Shown here one piece after another: positions 46,903-56,040 of a DNA stretch of 64,000 nt. Numbering within the stretch: position 1 is the first letter of the stretch; every line of letters starts with the position of its first letter. The stretch is taken from NCBI GenBank assembly GCA_030432925.1, contig JAUILT010000002.1:956-64955 (forward strand). Direction: 5' to 3'. Origin of the DNA: Bdellovibrionia bacterium (GTDB taxonomy: Bacteria; Bdellovibrionota; Bdellovibrionia; Bdellovibrionales; UBA1609). A program made the position numbers and the translations under genes. The notes under the pieces were generated by a model. That model did no database searches. It saw only the letters and a list, made by a program, of their open reading frames with translations, and was not told where the DNA came from.

Positions 46903-48282
46903 TCAGTCGAAAATTTTACCAGGGTTCATGATGCCATCCGGGTCAAATATGGCCTTTATAGCTTTCATGTAGGTAATTTCCTCAGGGCTTCTTGTATGAT
47001 GTAGGTAGGGTTTTTTGGTGAGTCCTACACCATGCTCAGCTGAAACACTGCCACCAAAGCTCTCAATTTTTTCAAACAAAATTTCGTCCACTCGGTGACA
47101 GGATTTGATAAACTCTTCGCTAGTCAGGTTTGCTGGCTTTAAAATATTAATATGTAGATTGCCGTCACCAATGTGCCCAAACCATACGGTTTCAAAGTCT
47201 GGATACTCTGACTTCAGAACTTGGTCTACGGATGTTAAAAATTCCGGTACTTTTGAAATACGCACGGATACGTCATTTTTGTAGGGCTCCCAGGCAGAGG
47301 TGGCTTCAGTAATATCCTCTCGTAGGCGCCAGAGGTCCTGAGATTGTTGGGCGCTTTGGCTGACTGTGCCGTCCACAAGCCAGCCATTTTCCATAGAACT
47401 TTCAAAAATCTCCATGGCGGCTTCTATTTCTGTCTCAGATGTATTGTCGATCTCGATAATTACATAGTAGGGTGTGGATTCTTCTAGGGGCTCTCCCTGG
47501 CCAGTGTGCCTCATGACATAGTTTTTGGCTACATCAGTGAACATCTCAAATGCAAGCAGTGAAAACCGCTTTTTGAAAGCATGATAGATCTTCATTACGC
47601 CGTCCAGTTCGGGAACAGCAAATAACAAAACCGTGGGGTTTTCTGGCGGCCGTGTAAAAGCAATCTCTGCCTGGGTGATAAAGCCTAAAGTGCCTTCAGA
47701 TCCAATAAATAACTGTCTTAGGTCATAACCACTGGCATTTTTGACGAGGGATTTGTTGAGTTGCATGACTTTACCTTCACCGGTCACCACCTCTAGAGAG
47801 GTGACCCATTGGCGGATCAGACCATAGCGAACCACATTGATACCTCCAGCATTGGTGGCAATGTTTCCGCCAATCTGACTAGACCCCCTTGAGGCAAAGT
47901 CTACAGGAAACAACAAACCTTTGTCTTTAGCATAATTTTGTAGGGTTTCAGTGATCACTCCTGGTTCTACTGTCACACATTGGTCAAATTCATTGAAGTT
48001 TAAAATTCGATTCATTTTTTCAAAACTTACTACAATTTCTCTGTTAGAAGCAGTAGCAGCACCGCTTAAGCCTGTACGTCCTCCAGAAGGAACGAGAGCC
48101 ACTTTGTTTTGTCGAGCCCAGTTGACTAAAGAGATCACTTCCTTGGTGGTCTTTGGAAAGACAATAGCTATGGGGTTGATGGCAATATGTTTGGTCCAGT
48201 CTTTTCCATAGGTCTCAAAAGACTCTGCGTCGGTTTTAACCCGGTCGTTTTCGATAAATTGAGTTAGGGAATCCACGTTCAT
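46903..48282 (-). CDS. FAD-linked oxidase (GlcD / D-2-hydroxyacid dehydrogenase family)
   Basis: FAD-binding PCMH-type region (VPSGGRTGLSG, GGINVVRYG) and C-terminal SAEHGVG motif. ATG at 48282. Confidence 0.8.
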   Translation of the reverse strand: MNVDSLTQFIENDRVKTDAESFETYGKDWTKHIAINPIAIVFPKTTKEVISLVNWARQNKVALVPSGGRTGLSGAATASNREIVVSFEKMNRILNFNEFDQCVTVEPGVITETLQNYAKDKGLLFPVDFASRGSSQIGGNIATNAGGINVVRYGLIRQWVTSLEVVTGEGKVMQLNKSLVKNASGYDLRQLFIGSEGTLGFITQAEIAFTRPPENPTVLLFAVPELDGVMKIYHAFKKRFSLLAFEMFTDVAKNYVMRHTGQGEPLEESTPYYVIIEIDNTSETEIEAAMEIFESSMENGWLVDGTVSQSAQQSQDLWRLREDITEATSAWEPYKNDVSVRISKVPEFLTSVDQVLKSEYPDFETVWFGHIGDGNLHINILKPANLTSEEFIKSCHRVDEILFEKIESFGGSVSAEHGVGLTKKPYLHHTRSPEEITYMKAIKAIFDPDGIMNPGKIFD

Positions 48283-48355
48283 GGTGTACCTCACAGCATT
48301 TGATTGAGGTGCAGAATAGCGAACAATAGGGGGGGCTGTCTATTACTACGGGTCT

Positions 48356-48700
48356 TTAGGCAGCAGTTCGGCGGATTTCAATGTATCTTTCGTCAGAGCC
48401 AATGTCATGGGATTGGTCTGTCATGCGAGACTGATGAATATCTTGCAGTATAGGCAGAGCCTGTACTGCCGCCTCGACTGAGCGTTCGGGAGAGTGAATG
48501 CAAATAGACTCCACTGAGGCTGCCAGAGTGGATATTTCTGGCAAACCATAAGTTTTGCCAGTACCTTTGAGTTTATGAAAATCCTCTTTCAAGCTGTCGG
48601 TGCACTGGGTCTTGATATGCCCCTCTATGGTCTGGATTTTTTCCGGTAGACTTTCAATGTACTCCTGTTTCAATTGTTCCATCATGGCAGCAAAACTCAT
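48356..48700 (-). CDS. Hpt (histidine phosphotransfer) domain protein
   Basis: FHKLKGTGKTYGL matches the H-x-x-K-G Hpt motif. ATG at 48700 overlaps the kinase stop (ATGA). Confidence 0.7.
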   Translation of the reverse strand: MSFAAMMEQLKQEYIESLPEKIQTIEGHIKTQCTDSLKEDFHKLKGTGKTYGLPEISTLAASVESICIHSPERSVEAAVQALPILQDIHQSRMTDQSHDIGSDERYIEIRRTAA

Positions 48701-50067
48701 GCTACAGCTCCCTGTGTTGTTTTGATGTTTCCAGAGTTGGCGTTCTGCCCGGGAATGCGCCAATGGGCTAGTGTAAAGTAAAATTGACTGCCTTTACCTA
48801 TGGTGGATTCTACTCCAATATGACCTTCATGTTCTGTCACAATGGCGCGGGCAATGGCCAGCCCCAGTCCGGTTCCTTTGACCAGTGGGTTGTTTGGCCC
48901 TGTGGCTTGAGAGAATTTTTCGAAAATCCGTTCGATGTCTTCTGGAGCTATACCTCTCCCCTGATCATGCACATTCAACCTGAGAGACCCATGGGCATCG
49001 ATATCAGCGGAGATGTTAACAACTCCTTTTTCGGGACTGAATTTAATAGCATTGGAGATCAGGTTGGTGAGCACTTGTTTGATTCTGTCAGAGTCCACGT
49101 CTATTTCTAGGTGGGGGAGTTTGCTGGCTTCTAGCCGAACACTGGCTGTGGTCGCGAGACCTTGAAGACTGGTAATGGTTTCATTGACAAGGCTTTCTAG
49201 AGAAACCCATTCTTTTTCTAGGGGAAGTCTCCCCGCCTCAATCTTGGCCAAGTCCAGAACATCATTGATCAACCGAATCAGCCGGTCGGTTTCTGTCTCG
49301 GCAATGTTCATCAGGTTTTTTGAGGAATCATTAACGTCACCGGCCACACCACTTTGTAAAAGGCTCAGTGATCCTTTGATGGAAGTCAGGGGTGTACGCA
49401 ACTCATGACTAGCAATGTTAAGAAACTCTGATTTGGCTCGATCCAGAGTGGTCAATTCATCCATATTGGAGAGCACCTGCTGGGCGAGGGCGTTGAAAGT
49501 GGCGTGCAACTGACCGACCTCATTGGGGTCGGGAACAGAAAACTGATAGGAGTATTTGTTATTTAAAAAGTCAGTCATTTTGCGAGCTAAATCTTTGAGG
49601 GGATTGAAGATGCTGTAACGGATATAGAGAACCATCAAAAGAAACACTGTTAGAAGTGAGCCTGCTGCCAAAGCGGCAAAATAGATCACTCGATTTTGCC
49701 AGTAGGCCATCATGTTTCGGGCATATCTACGGTATTCCAGTTCATTTTTTAAAAAGTGTTTCACCCGTTTTTTCAACAACCAGGGGCTTTTGTCGGCATA
49801 GGCTTGTATCACATCACTGAGAGCATCTGCTCTATGCTTTGGCTCCAACAGGGCACGGGTGGACTTCAACTCTTTGTATAGGTGCTTGTCATATTTGTTG
49901 ACTTTAAGGCTGGTCACAGTTTCTTCAATGGAATAGGTCAGATTCAAGGACTCGTGCATGGAGGTGTATTTGTTCCATCCGGAGTAGGAGACATATCCGA
50001 GGCTCAGGGATGCGCAAAGCGCTAGACAAAAGAGAATTTTCAATCGAGTTTGAATCAGACTTATCAT
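48697..50067 (-). CDS. HAMP-domain sensor histidine kinase
   Basis: Two TM segments, a HAMP-like linker, H-box SHELRTPL, and HATPase motifs (NAIKFS, DQGRGI, GTGLGL). Confidence 0.85.
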   Translation of the reverse strand: MISLIQTRLKILFCLALCASLSLGYVSYSGWNKYTSMHESLNLTYSIEETVTSLKVNKYDKHLYKELKSTRALLEPKHRADALSDVIQAYADKSPWLLKKRVKHFLKNELEYRRYARNMMAYWQNRVIYFAALAAGSLLTVFLLMVLYIRYSIFNPLKDLARKMTDFLNNKYSYQFSVPDPNEVGQLHATFNALAQQVLSNMDELTTLDRAKSEFLNIASHELRTPLTSIKGSLSLLQSGVAGDVNDSSKNLMNIAETETDRLIRLINDVLDLAKIEAGRLPLEKEWVSLESLVNETITSLQGLATTASVRLEASKLPHLEIDVDSDRIKQVLTNLISNAIKFSPEKGVVNISADIDAHGSLRLNVHDQGRGIAPEDIERIFEKFSQATGPNNPLVKGTGLGLAIARAIVTEHEGHIGVESTIGKGSQFYFTLAHWRIPGQNANSGNIKTTQGAVA

Positions 50068-50450
50068 GAAGCACTCCGGTTTTTCTTACTGCTAAGGATG
50101 TTCTCAATCTGCTGGCAGAGTTGAGTGGGATCAAAAGGTTTGGGGATGTATCCTCGACCATGCTCCTCAAATTGTTTGACATCACTGGCCTGGCTTTTGG
50201 CACTCAAAAAAATCACAGGCCGTACCTCTGCGACTTGTTGAGTGTACTGCTCACAAACTGCCAAGCCGTTAAGCCCTGGCATCATCTCATCCAATAAAAT
50301 CACATCGTAGGTATGTCCTTCGGCAATCAGTTTTTCCAGAGCTTTTTCACCGTTGTCTATGTGAGTAACCTGGTGCCCACCCAGTTGTTCAAGGGCCATT
50401 TTAGCAATGGTAGAAATATTCGCGTCATCTTCTGCAAGAAAAACCTTCAT
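50064..50450 (-). CDS. single-domain response regulator (CheY-like)
   Basis: REC fold with EDD...ILLDEMMPGLNG...PKP. 128 aa. ATGA overlap with the kinase. Confidence 0.85.
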   Translation of the reverse strand: MKVFLAEDDANISTIAKMALEQLGGHQVTHIDNGEKALEKLIAEGHTYDVILLDEMMPGLNGLAVCEQYTQQVAEVRPVIFLSAKSQASDVKQFEEHGRGYIPKPFDPTQLCQQIENILSSKKNRSAS

Positions 50451-50462
50451 TGTTCTTTACTC

Positions 50463-51185
50463 CTAAGCAACTTTGGGTGAATCCTGGTTTCTGCGGATCA
50501 TAGAGCCATGGGAGAAAATCCATTCACGGATTTTTCTCAACTGATATTCACTGGCTCCCAAAAATACCATTTGTACTTCATGTTTTCCGGTATTTACTTT
50601 TGTGCTGTTCAATACACGGCAAGTCGGAGGATCAATACCTAGTTGCTGTTCAAAAAAGTATCCGCTGAGATCAACAGTTGTACCCTCTTGCAGAGCTTGA
50701 TTGGACTGTACGGTAACTCCTAGTTCAGAGATAGATCTTACAAAAATAGACATAGTCATGACAGCTGCTGTCTGGGAGGAGAGTTCTTGAAACTCAATTT
50801 CTGGATGCTGGCTGGGGGGACGCTTTTCAAAAAGGGCATCGACTTTTTGCATGAACAAAATCGGATCTATGGGCTTGACGATGTAATCGTCGGCGCCACA
50901 GTCAACGGCTTTTTGAACATCTTTACGCTCTCTTAAGCCAGTCAGCATGACAATGGCCACGTGCTTAAGGTGTTCGTGGCTGCGGATCGTTTTGATCATT
51001 TCAAAGCCAGAGTAGTGAGGCATGTTGGCGTCAGAAACCACCATATCAAAAGACGTGGAGTTCAGAATCTCCATGGCTCGAATGGCATCTTCGGCTGTGA
51101 CTGTTGTATGCCCGTAGTGGCCAAGAAGCTTTTCAGCCATCACTAAAATGTCTCTGTCATCATCGACGACAAGAATTCGGGCCAT
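50463..51185 (-). CDS. response regulator with C-terminal PilZ-like domain (tentative)
   Basis: REC domain MARILVVDDD...VVSDANMPHYSG...VKP. The C-terminal ~100 aa has an x-S-x-x-G element (RSISELG) but no clear RxxxR. ATG at 51185. Confidence 0.65.
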   Translation of the reverse strand: MARILVVDDDRDILVMAEKLLGHYGHTTVTAEDAIRAMEILNSTSFDMVVSDANMPHYSGFEMIKTIRSHEHLKHVAIVMLTGLRERKDVQKAVDCGADDYIVKPIDPILFMQKVDALFEKRPPSQHPEIEFQELSSQTAAVMTMSIFVRSISELGVTVQSNQALQEGTTVDLSGYFFEQQLGIDPPTCRVLNSTKVNTGKHEVQMVFLGASEYQLRKIREWIFSHGSMIRRNQDSPKVA

Positions 51186-51608
51186 ACTTACCTCACTTGA
51201 GTCCTCGAGAACCCTACCTACTCTAGACAGGGTCTCCTTATTATCGGCCAAAAGCCTTGTAAGACTGAGTATTTAAAAGAGGATCTGCGACTTTTTATGA
51301 GTGCTTTTTTAGAGCCTTAACAGGTTTTAGGAAAGTTTCAAAAATTGACAAACTTTTAAACACCTCTAAAAAATTAGATTTTGGGCTGAAACCAGTAAAT
51401 TTGATTTAACCACGGGATTTTGTAACAAGATTTTCGTCTCGCGGAATATATATAGGTTGATTTATACCTATATATGGGTATAATAACCTAGGTAGACATC
51501 ATGGGAAAAGCGAGACTTAACTTTCATCAAAAAGAACGATTTTTCTGGTGTTGACAATTTGATTGAGGATTTCAAGAAAACTGTCTTTCAACACTTCGGA
51601 GTCAAACT

Positions 51609-51974
51609 ATGAAAAAGCTCATTATTTCGGTAAAAACTCCCTCTGAGGCTCTGGACAACTTCAGGGATGCCTATAAGGCTATTAAAAAGGGTAAGCCTAA
51701 AAGCCCTCATTACGAGATCTCCTTTGACAACAAAAAAGACTTTCAGCGCTTTATAAAAAATATAGATATTTTGATGTCGATTCAAAACTTGAAGCCCCAG
51801 TCCGTTTATGAGCTGAGTAAGATGCTCGGTCGGGACCAATCAAACCTCAATAAGATCATCCTATTTTTTGAAGACCTTGGGGTGATCAAGATCAGGGAAA
51901 AGAAAATCAAAAACCGTTCGGTGAAGACTCCAGTTGTTGATTACGAGAAAATTGAGTTTGACCTGTCGGCATAA
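51609..51974 (+). CDS. HTH DNA-binding protein, antitoxin-like (tentative)
   Basis: 121 aa. SVYELSKMLGRDQSNLNKIILFFEDLGVI is a wHTH/MarR-like element, in a layout resembling HTH antitoxins. The start overlaps the end of a short decayed upstream frame (ATGA). Confidence 0.4.
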   Translation: MKKLIISVKTPSEALDNFRDAYKAIKKGKPKSPHYEISFDNKKDFQRFIKNIDILMSIQNLKPQSVYELSKMLGRDQSNLNKIILFFEDLGVIKIREKKIKNRSVKTPVVDYEKIEFDLSA

Positions 51975-51975
51975 C

Positions 51976-52034
51976 AACGACCTCCTTTCGTAGAAAGGTT
52001 AGCAGACTCCGGACAGTCGTTCTTTCTTTGTGTT
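51976..52034 (+). terminator. nested hairpin plus T-rich tail downstream of 51609..51974
   Basis: Outer stem AACGAC/GTCGTT (51976-81 / 52016-21), inner stem CCTTTC-GTA-GAAAGG (51984-98), followed by CTTTCTTTGTGTT. Confidence 0.4.
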
Positions 52035-52125
52035 GAATCTGTGGGCCAAAGAAATTTTCTTTTTTTCTTCAAGGAGATCTATTACATTAGAAACATACGA
52101 AAAGTAGGGAGAAATCCTTAGGACC

Positions 52126-52758
52126 ATGTTTTATTCAAAATTTTTATTTATAATGGCTTTGTCTTTCTTAACGACATTCTTTTGTCAAAAGTCGTTGAGC
52201 ATGAGTTGCCGTGCTCAGAAAATGACTCTTGAAGATTCTACGAAATACTTAGCTAAAGAAAAATACTCTCCCTTTTCTGCAATGAAATGGACAAGTATCG
52301 TTGGAAATATGTCGAGCTTTATCTATCTATCGAGATATGAAAAACAAAATGAACGTGAAATTCCACATTGGGTAGCTGCTGGAGCTGTTGTGATGTGGTC
52401 AACTTCGGCGCTCTTAATGATAATGGAGGGAGGGTGCCCGGTAGAAGTCCACCCCGATGCAGAGGCCAGCAAAGTTGAGTATTCGGATGAAATTAGAGAG
52501 AGCTTGAAAATGAACAGAGCTACTTTTTGGTTCATGCATGCGATTAATACATTACCTGTTTTGCTAGCGGTACCTTATTCATCACACGATGACCGAGCAT
52601 TGATTCTAGGAGGCAGCATTTTGTTGCCTGCTATTGTTGACCTTGCTTTCAGATCAACTTTTTTTAGAAGTCAGGTTTCTCCTTGGTCATTGCGACCTGG
52701 ATTAGTATCGGTGGACAACAAATTCACTGGCCAACTAGCTCTTTCTTATAGCTGGTAG
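52126..52758 (+). CDS. hypothetical membrane protein
   Basis: 210 aa with several hydrophobic segments. No recognisable domain. Confidence 0.45.
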   Translation: MFYSKFLFIMALSFLTTFFCQKSLSMSCRAQKMTLEDSTKYLAKEKYSPFSAMKWTSIVGNMSSFIYLSRYEKQNEREIPHWVAAGAVVMWSTSALLMIMEGGCPVEVHPDAEASKVEYSDEIRESLKMNRATFWFMHAINTLPVLLAVPYSSHDDRALILGGSILLPAIVDLAFRSTFFRSQVSPWSLRPGLVSVDNKFTGQLALSYSW

Positions 52759-52830
52759 AACTCTAACTAAAGTTCGGTTTGATAGCTTCTCCACCTCTGC
52801 GCCGAAGTATGCCAGCAGGGATTGCTGATC

Positions 52831-52852
52831 AGACACGAGTGTCTCGGTTTTT
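52831..52852 (+). terminator. short hairpin plus T-run downstream of 52126..52758
   Basis: AGACA-CGAG-TGTCT followed by CGGTTTTT. Confidence 0.35.
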
Positions 52853-52990
52853 CCAGTAACTTGAGCTAAGGAGCCTATTTTCATGATCTCATGAGTTCAT
52901 GAGAAACGGGGGAGCTGTCAGGACTGCCGGTGGGTATCGGTATAAATCCACTCAAGATGACTAAAATTTATATAAAACTGGCGTTGGGTT

Positions 52991-53197
52991 GTGTATTCTG
53001 CGTGTGTGGAAAATAAGAATGTAGGTCTTTTGGACAGAAGTATTCGTTTTATTTTGGGCATTATCCTGATGACGTGGGCCATTGCTGGAGGCCCTTATTG
53101 GACGTGGTTGGGGCTTCTTCCATTGGCCACGTCCTCATGGTCGGTGTGTCCTTTGTATCGTCTTTTGGGTATTTCCAGCCGTAGAAGTCGAGATTAG
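52991..53197 (+). CDS. DUF2892 (YgaP-like) small membrane protein
   Basis: NVGLLDRSIRFILGIILM...CPLYRLLGIS is the characteristic DUF2892 pattern. Start is GTG (52991 or 53006). Confidence 0.6.
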   Translation: MYSACVENKNVGLLDRSIRFILGIILMTWAIAGGPYWTWLGLLPLATSSWSVCPLYRLLGISSRRSRD

Positions 53198-53505
53198 GCC
53201 TGTAGGGCTGTTTTCAGTTCACCAGACTCATACATTTCCATCATGATATCGGACCCGCCCAAAAGTTCATTATTGACATAGAGCTGGGGAATTGTGGGCC
53301 ATTGACCAAACTCCTTGATGCCTTGTCGAATGATTTCATCCTCGAGAACATTGAATGTCTCAAACTCTGTACCCAACTCTTTTAAAATGGCAACAGCTCT
53401 TGCGGAAAACCCACATTGAGGAAAGGAAGGAGTGCCTTTCATGAACAGCATGACTTTGCTAGATTTCAAGATTTCTTCGATACGTGTTTTTGTTGATTCA
53501 TCCAT
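53194..53505 (-). CDS. grxD: monothiol glutaredoxin (Grx4 family)
   Basis: Active-site CGFS (PQCGFS) and WPTIPQLYV motif. 103 aa. Confidence 0.9.
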   Translation of the reverse strand: MDESTKTRIEEILKSSKVMLFMKGTPSFPQCGFSARAVAILKELGTEFETFNVLEDEIIRQGIKEFGQWPTIPQLYVNNELLGGSDIMMEMYESGELKTALQA

Positions 53506-53519
53506 TTATAAACTCCTTG

Positions 53520-53747
53520 TTATTTAGCGAGAGATTTAATACTGAGGGCGTGCAGCTCACCGGATTTCAATTCCACATCGAAAACCTTCATCACGGCCTG
53601 ATGTTGTTTGACCCGGTTTAGATCAGAAAACTGGGAGGCGATGATTCTCACCTCAAAGTTGCTGCCTCCTCCGGTCATATCGGAAACCATGACATCCGAT
53701 CCTGGGAATGCCTTTTTCAATCTGTCTTCCACGTCTTTTTCTAACAT
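53520..53747 (-). CDS. BolA/IbaG-family protein
   Basis: 75 aa. FEVRIIASQFSDLNRVKQHQAVMKVF...LHALSIKS fits the BolA fold signature. Adjacent to grxD, its usual partner. Confidence 0.75.
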   Translation of the reverse strand: MLEKDVEDRLKKAFPGSDVMVSDMTGGGSNFEVRIIASQFSDLNRVKQHQAVMKVFDVELKSGELHALSIKSLAK

Positions 53748-53831
53748 AGTCCGTCAACACCTCTGTTTGAGGGATTTTTTAGCGGATTTCAAGGGGGTAG
53801 ACAAAGTATTTGGCTCAGGCTATGATGCGGC

Positions 53832-54125
53832 ATGTCTGATTTTTTCATCGGTGCTAGTCCGGAGCATATAAAGAAGGAAAGAGCCAAGGCTCAAAGTTTA
53901 AGAAAGTCCCAATGGTGGAAGCGAAAGCTCAATGAGGGGCGTTGTTATTACTGTGAAAAGTCATTGGCTCCTGCTGAGTTGACGATGGACCACAAAGTGC
54001 CTTTGGCCCGAGGGGGCTTTTCCACAAAAGCCAATTTGGTGACTGCCTGTAAAAGCTGCAACAGCGACAAACAAAACTCCCTTGCTTTGGAATGGAAGCC
54101 AGAAGCCACCGACGAATCGTCTTGA
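53832..54125 (+). CDS. small HNH endonuclease-family protein
   Basis: CYYC...TMDHKVPLARGG...NLVTACKSCNSDK is the HNH beta-beta-alpha-metal motif with a Cys4 zinc site. Confidence 0.8.
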   Translation: MSDFFIGASPEHIKKERAKAQSLRKSQWWKRKLNEGRCYYCEKSLAPAELTMDHKVPLARGGFSTKANLVTACKSCNSDKQNSLALEWKPEATDESS

Positions 54126-54207
54126 TTTCTCAGCCCCTGTGCGTAAGACTCTGAATTTACAGGGGTCTTTTCATTACATAGTTTGACGTCAAAAAAGGTG
54201 AATAGAA

Positions 54208-56028
54208 GTGTCCAGAATTACGACCAGTAGTACAGCAGAATATTTTGCCAAAAACCTTCAGCAGGTGGGTTTTTCATCGCCCCTTAAGGCTGTGTTAACC
54301 ACCCTGAAAGAGGCTGTTGATAACTCTCTAGATGCCTGTGAGGAGCATGGAATTGCCCCCGAATTGACAGTTTCTATTTTAAAAGTGGGAAAAGGCTCTG
54401 GTCGAAACACGGATCTGGTAGAGATTATTGTTGAAGATAATGGTCCTGGGTTAGAGCAGGGAGACTTGGCCAAGGTATTTGGTGAGTATTTGGCCTCCTC
54501 AAAGTTTGGTCGGGGGCAGTGCTCTCGTGGGCAGCAGGGAATCGGAATTTCTGCGGCAACCACTTGGGCTCAGTTGACGAATGCAGCTGGTGTGAAGGTC
54601 ACTTCAAAGACTCAAAAAATGCGTAAAGCCATTCAGTGTTACATTGATGTGGATATCAAAGGCAATAAAGGCATTATCAAAAAGAAAGAAACTGTAGATT
54701 GGGACAAGTCCAATGGACTGCGGGTGGAGTTTCGTATTGATGGCCGGGTTCAGTTGAATGGGGATGGTGGTTTAATCACTTATCTGGAAGGCACGACACT
54801 GGTGAACCCTCATTTGTCTCTGAACTACAAGCTTCTCGACAATGACTGGGTTCATGTGGGTCGAGTCAGTGATGATGTTCCCAAAGTACCGCCACCTACA
54901 CTTCCCCACCCTCACACTATGAAACTGGGGGAGTTTATGACTCACGCCGGTCTTTACGGAAAGATGACTCTGGACAAGTTTTTAAAAAAAGGCTTTTCCA
55001 GAATTTCAGATAACACCATCAAAGACATGATGAAACACGGACTAAAAAAAGACCATCTTAAGCGCCAGCTCACAGCGATTAAGGAGACTGAGTACAAATC
55101 TATTTTTCAGGCTATTCAAGAAACAGATTTAGCCAACCCTACCACCCGGTCTGTTTTGACTGTGGGTGAAGAGGGTCTGGCCAAAAGTATTCAGAGAATT
55201 GGTGAAGTGGATTTTTTTAGTGTAAATACCAGAAAGCCCAAGATCTGTGATCATAAGCCAGTAGTTGTAGAAGTGGCTATCGCTCGGTTTATTAACCGTG
55301 GAGATGCCGATGATGCGGCTCAGTTGATTCGGTTTGCGAATCGGGTGCCTCTGCAGTTTGACAAAGCTGCCTGCGCCATTACTAAAGCCGTGGAGTCCGT
55401 TAATTGGCGCTCTTATGGCTTAACTCAGCCCAAGAATAGTATGCCCTTAGGGCCTTATGTTTTTGCTGTTGCCGTAACTTCACCGTTTATCAAATTTAAA
55501 AACGCCTCCAAAGAGACTATTGATGCCAGTGATGAATTGGTGGAAGAGATCCGACGGGCTCTGATGCAGGCTGGGCAAAAGTTATCTCGTCACATCAAAG
55601 CGGAGCACCGAGCCGCTGATCTAGAAAGAAAGATTCAACACATTGAGAAATTTGCACCCATTCTTGTTCACGGACTGGCAGAGATCACCAAAGCTCCCAA
55701 GAAGAGGGAGCTAGCTGCGACTGAGGGCTTAAAGAAAATTCTTGGGCGGGATGCGGATGATGCTGAGGATAAACTTAAAGAGGCCGAAGGCCGTTTGAAG
55801 GTTCTTAAGGCCAAGCAAAAAAAGACTCTGGGAATTAATGAACAACAGGAAGAAGTTGCCAAAGAGGCAACGAAAAAAAATAGCAAAAAGGCAGTAAAGA
55901 AGACGACCAAAAAGACTGTAATTAAGAAAGCCACAACGAAGAGGGCGAGCACCAAAAAAGGCGCTGTGACAAAAAAAGTGGCACAGAAAAAGATGGCAAA
56001 AAAGAAAACAACAAAGAAAAAACGCTAA
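54208..56028 (+). CDS. top6B: DNA topoisomerase VI subunit B with lysine-rich C-terminal tail
   Basis: Bergerat/GHKL motifs EAVDNSLDA (N box), EDNGPGL (G1) and SRGQQGIG (G2). The transducer-length body ends in about 60 aa of K/T/A-rich tail (..AKKAVKKTTKKTVIKKATTKRASTKKGAVTKKVAQKKMAKKKTTKKKR). GTG start. Confidence 0.8.
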   Translation: MSRITTSSTAEYFAKNLQQVGFSSPLKAVLTTLKEAVDNSLDACEEHGIAPELTVSILKVGKGSGRNTDLVEIIVEDNGPGLEQGDLAKVFGEYLASSKFGRGQCSRGQQGIGISAATTWAQLTNAAGVKVTSKTQKMRKAIQCYIDVDIKGNKGIIKKKETVDWDKSNGLRVEFRIDGRVQLNGDGGLITYLEGTTLVNPHLSLNYKLLDNDWVHVGRVSDDVPKVPPPTLPHPHTMKLGEFMTHAGLYGKMTLDKFLKKGFSRISDNTIKDMMKHGLKKDHLKRQLTAIKETEYKSIFQAIQETDLANPTTRSVLTVGEEGLAKSIQRIGEVDFFSVNTRKPKICDHKPVVVEVAIARFINRGDADDAAQLIRFANRVPLQFDKAACAITKAVESVNWRSYGLTQPKNSMPLGPYVFAVAVTSPFIKFKNASKETIDASDELVEEIRRALMQAGQKLSRHIKAEHRAADLERKIQHIEKFAPILVHGLAEITKAPKKRELAATEGLKKILGRDADDAEDKLKEAEGRLKVLKAKQKKTLGINEQQEEVAKEATKKNSKKAVKKTTKKTVIKKATTKRASTKKGAVTKKVAQKKMAKKKTTKKKR

Positions 56029-56040
56029 GGGAAAACGGAA

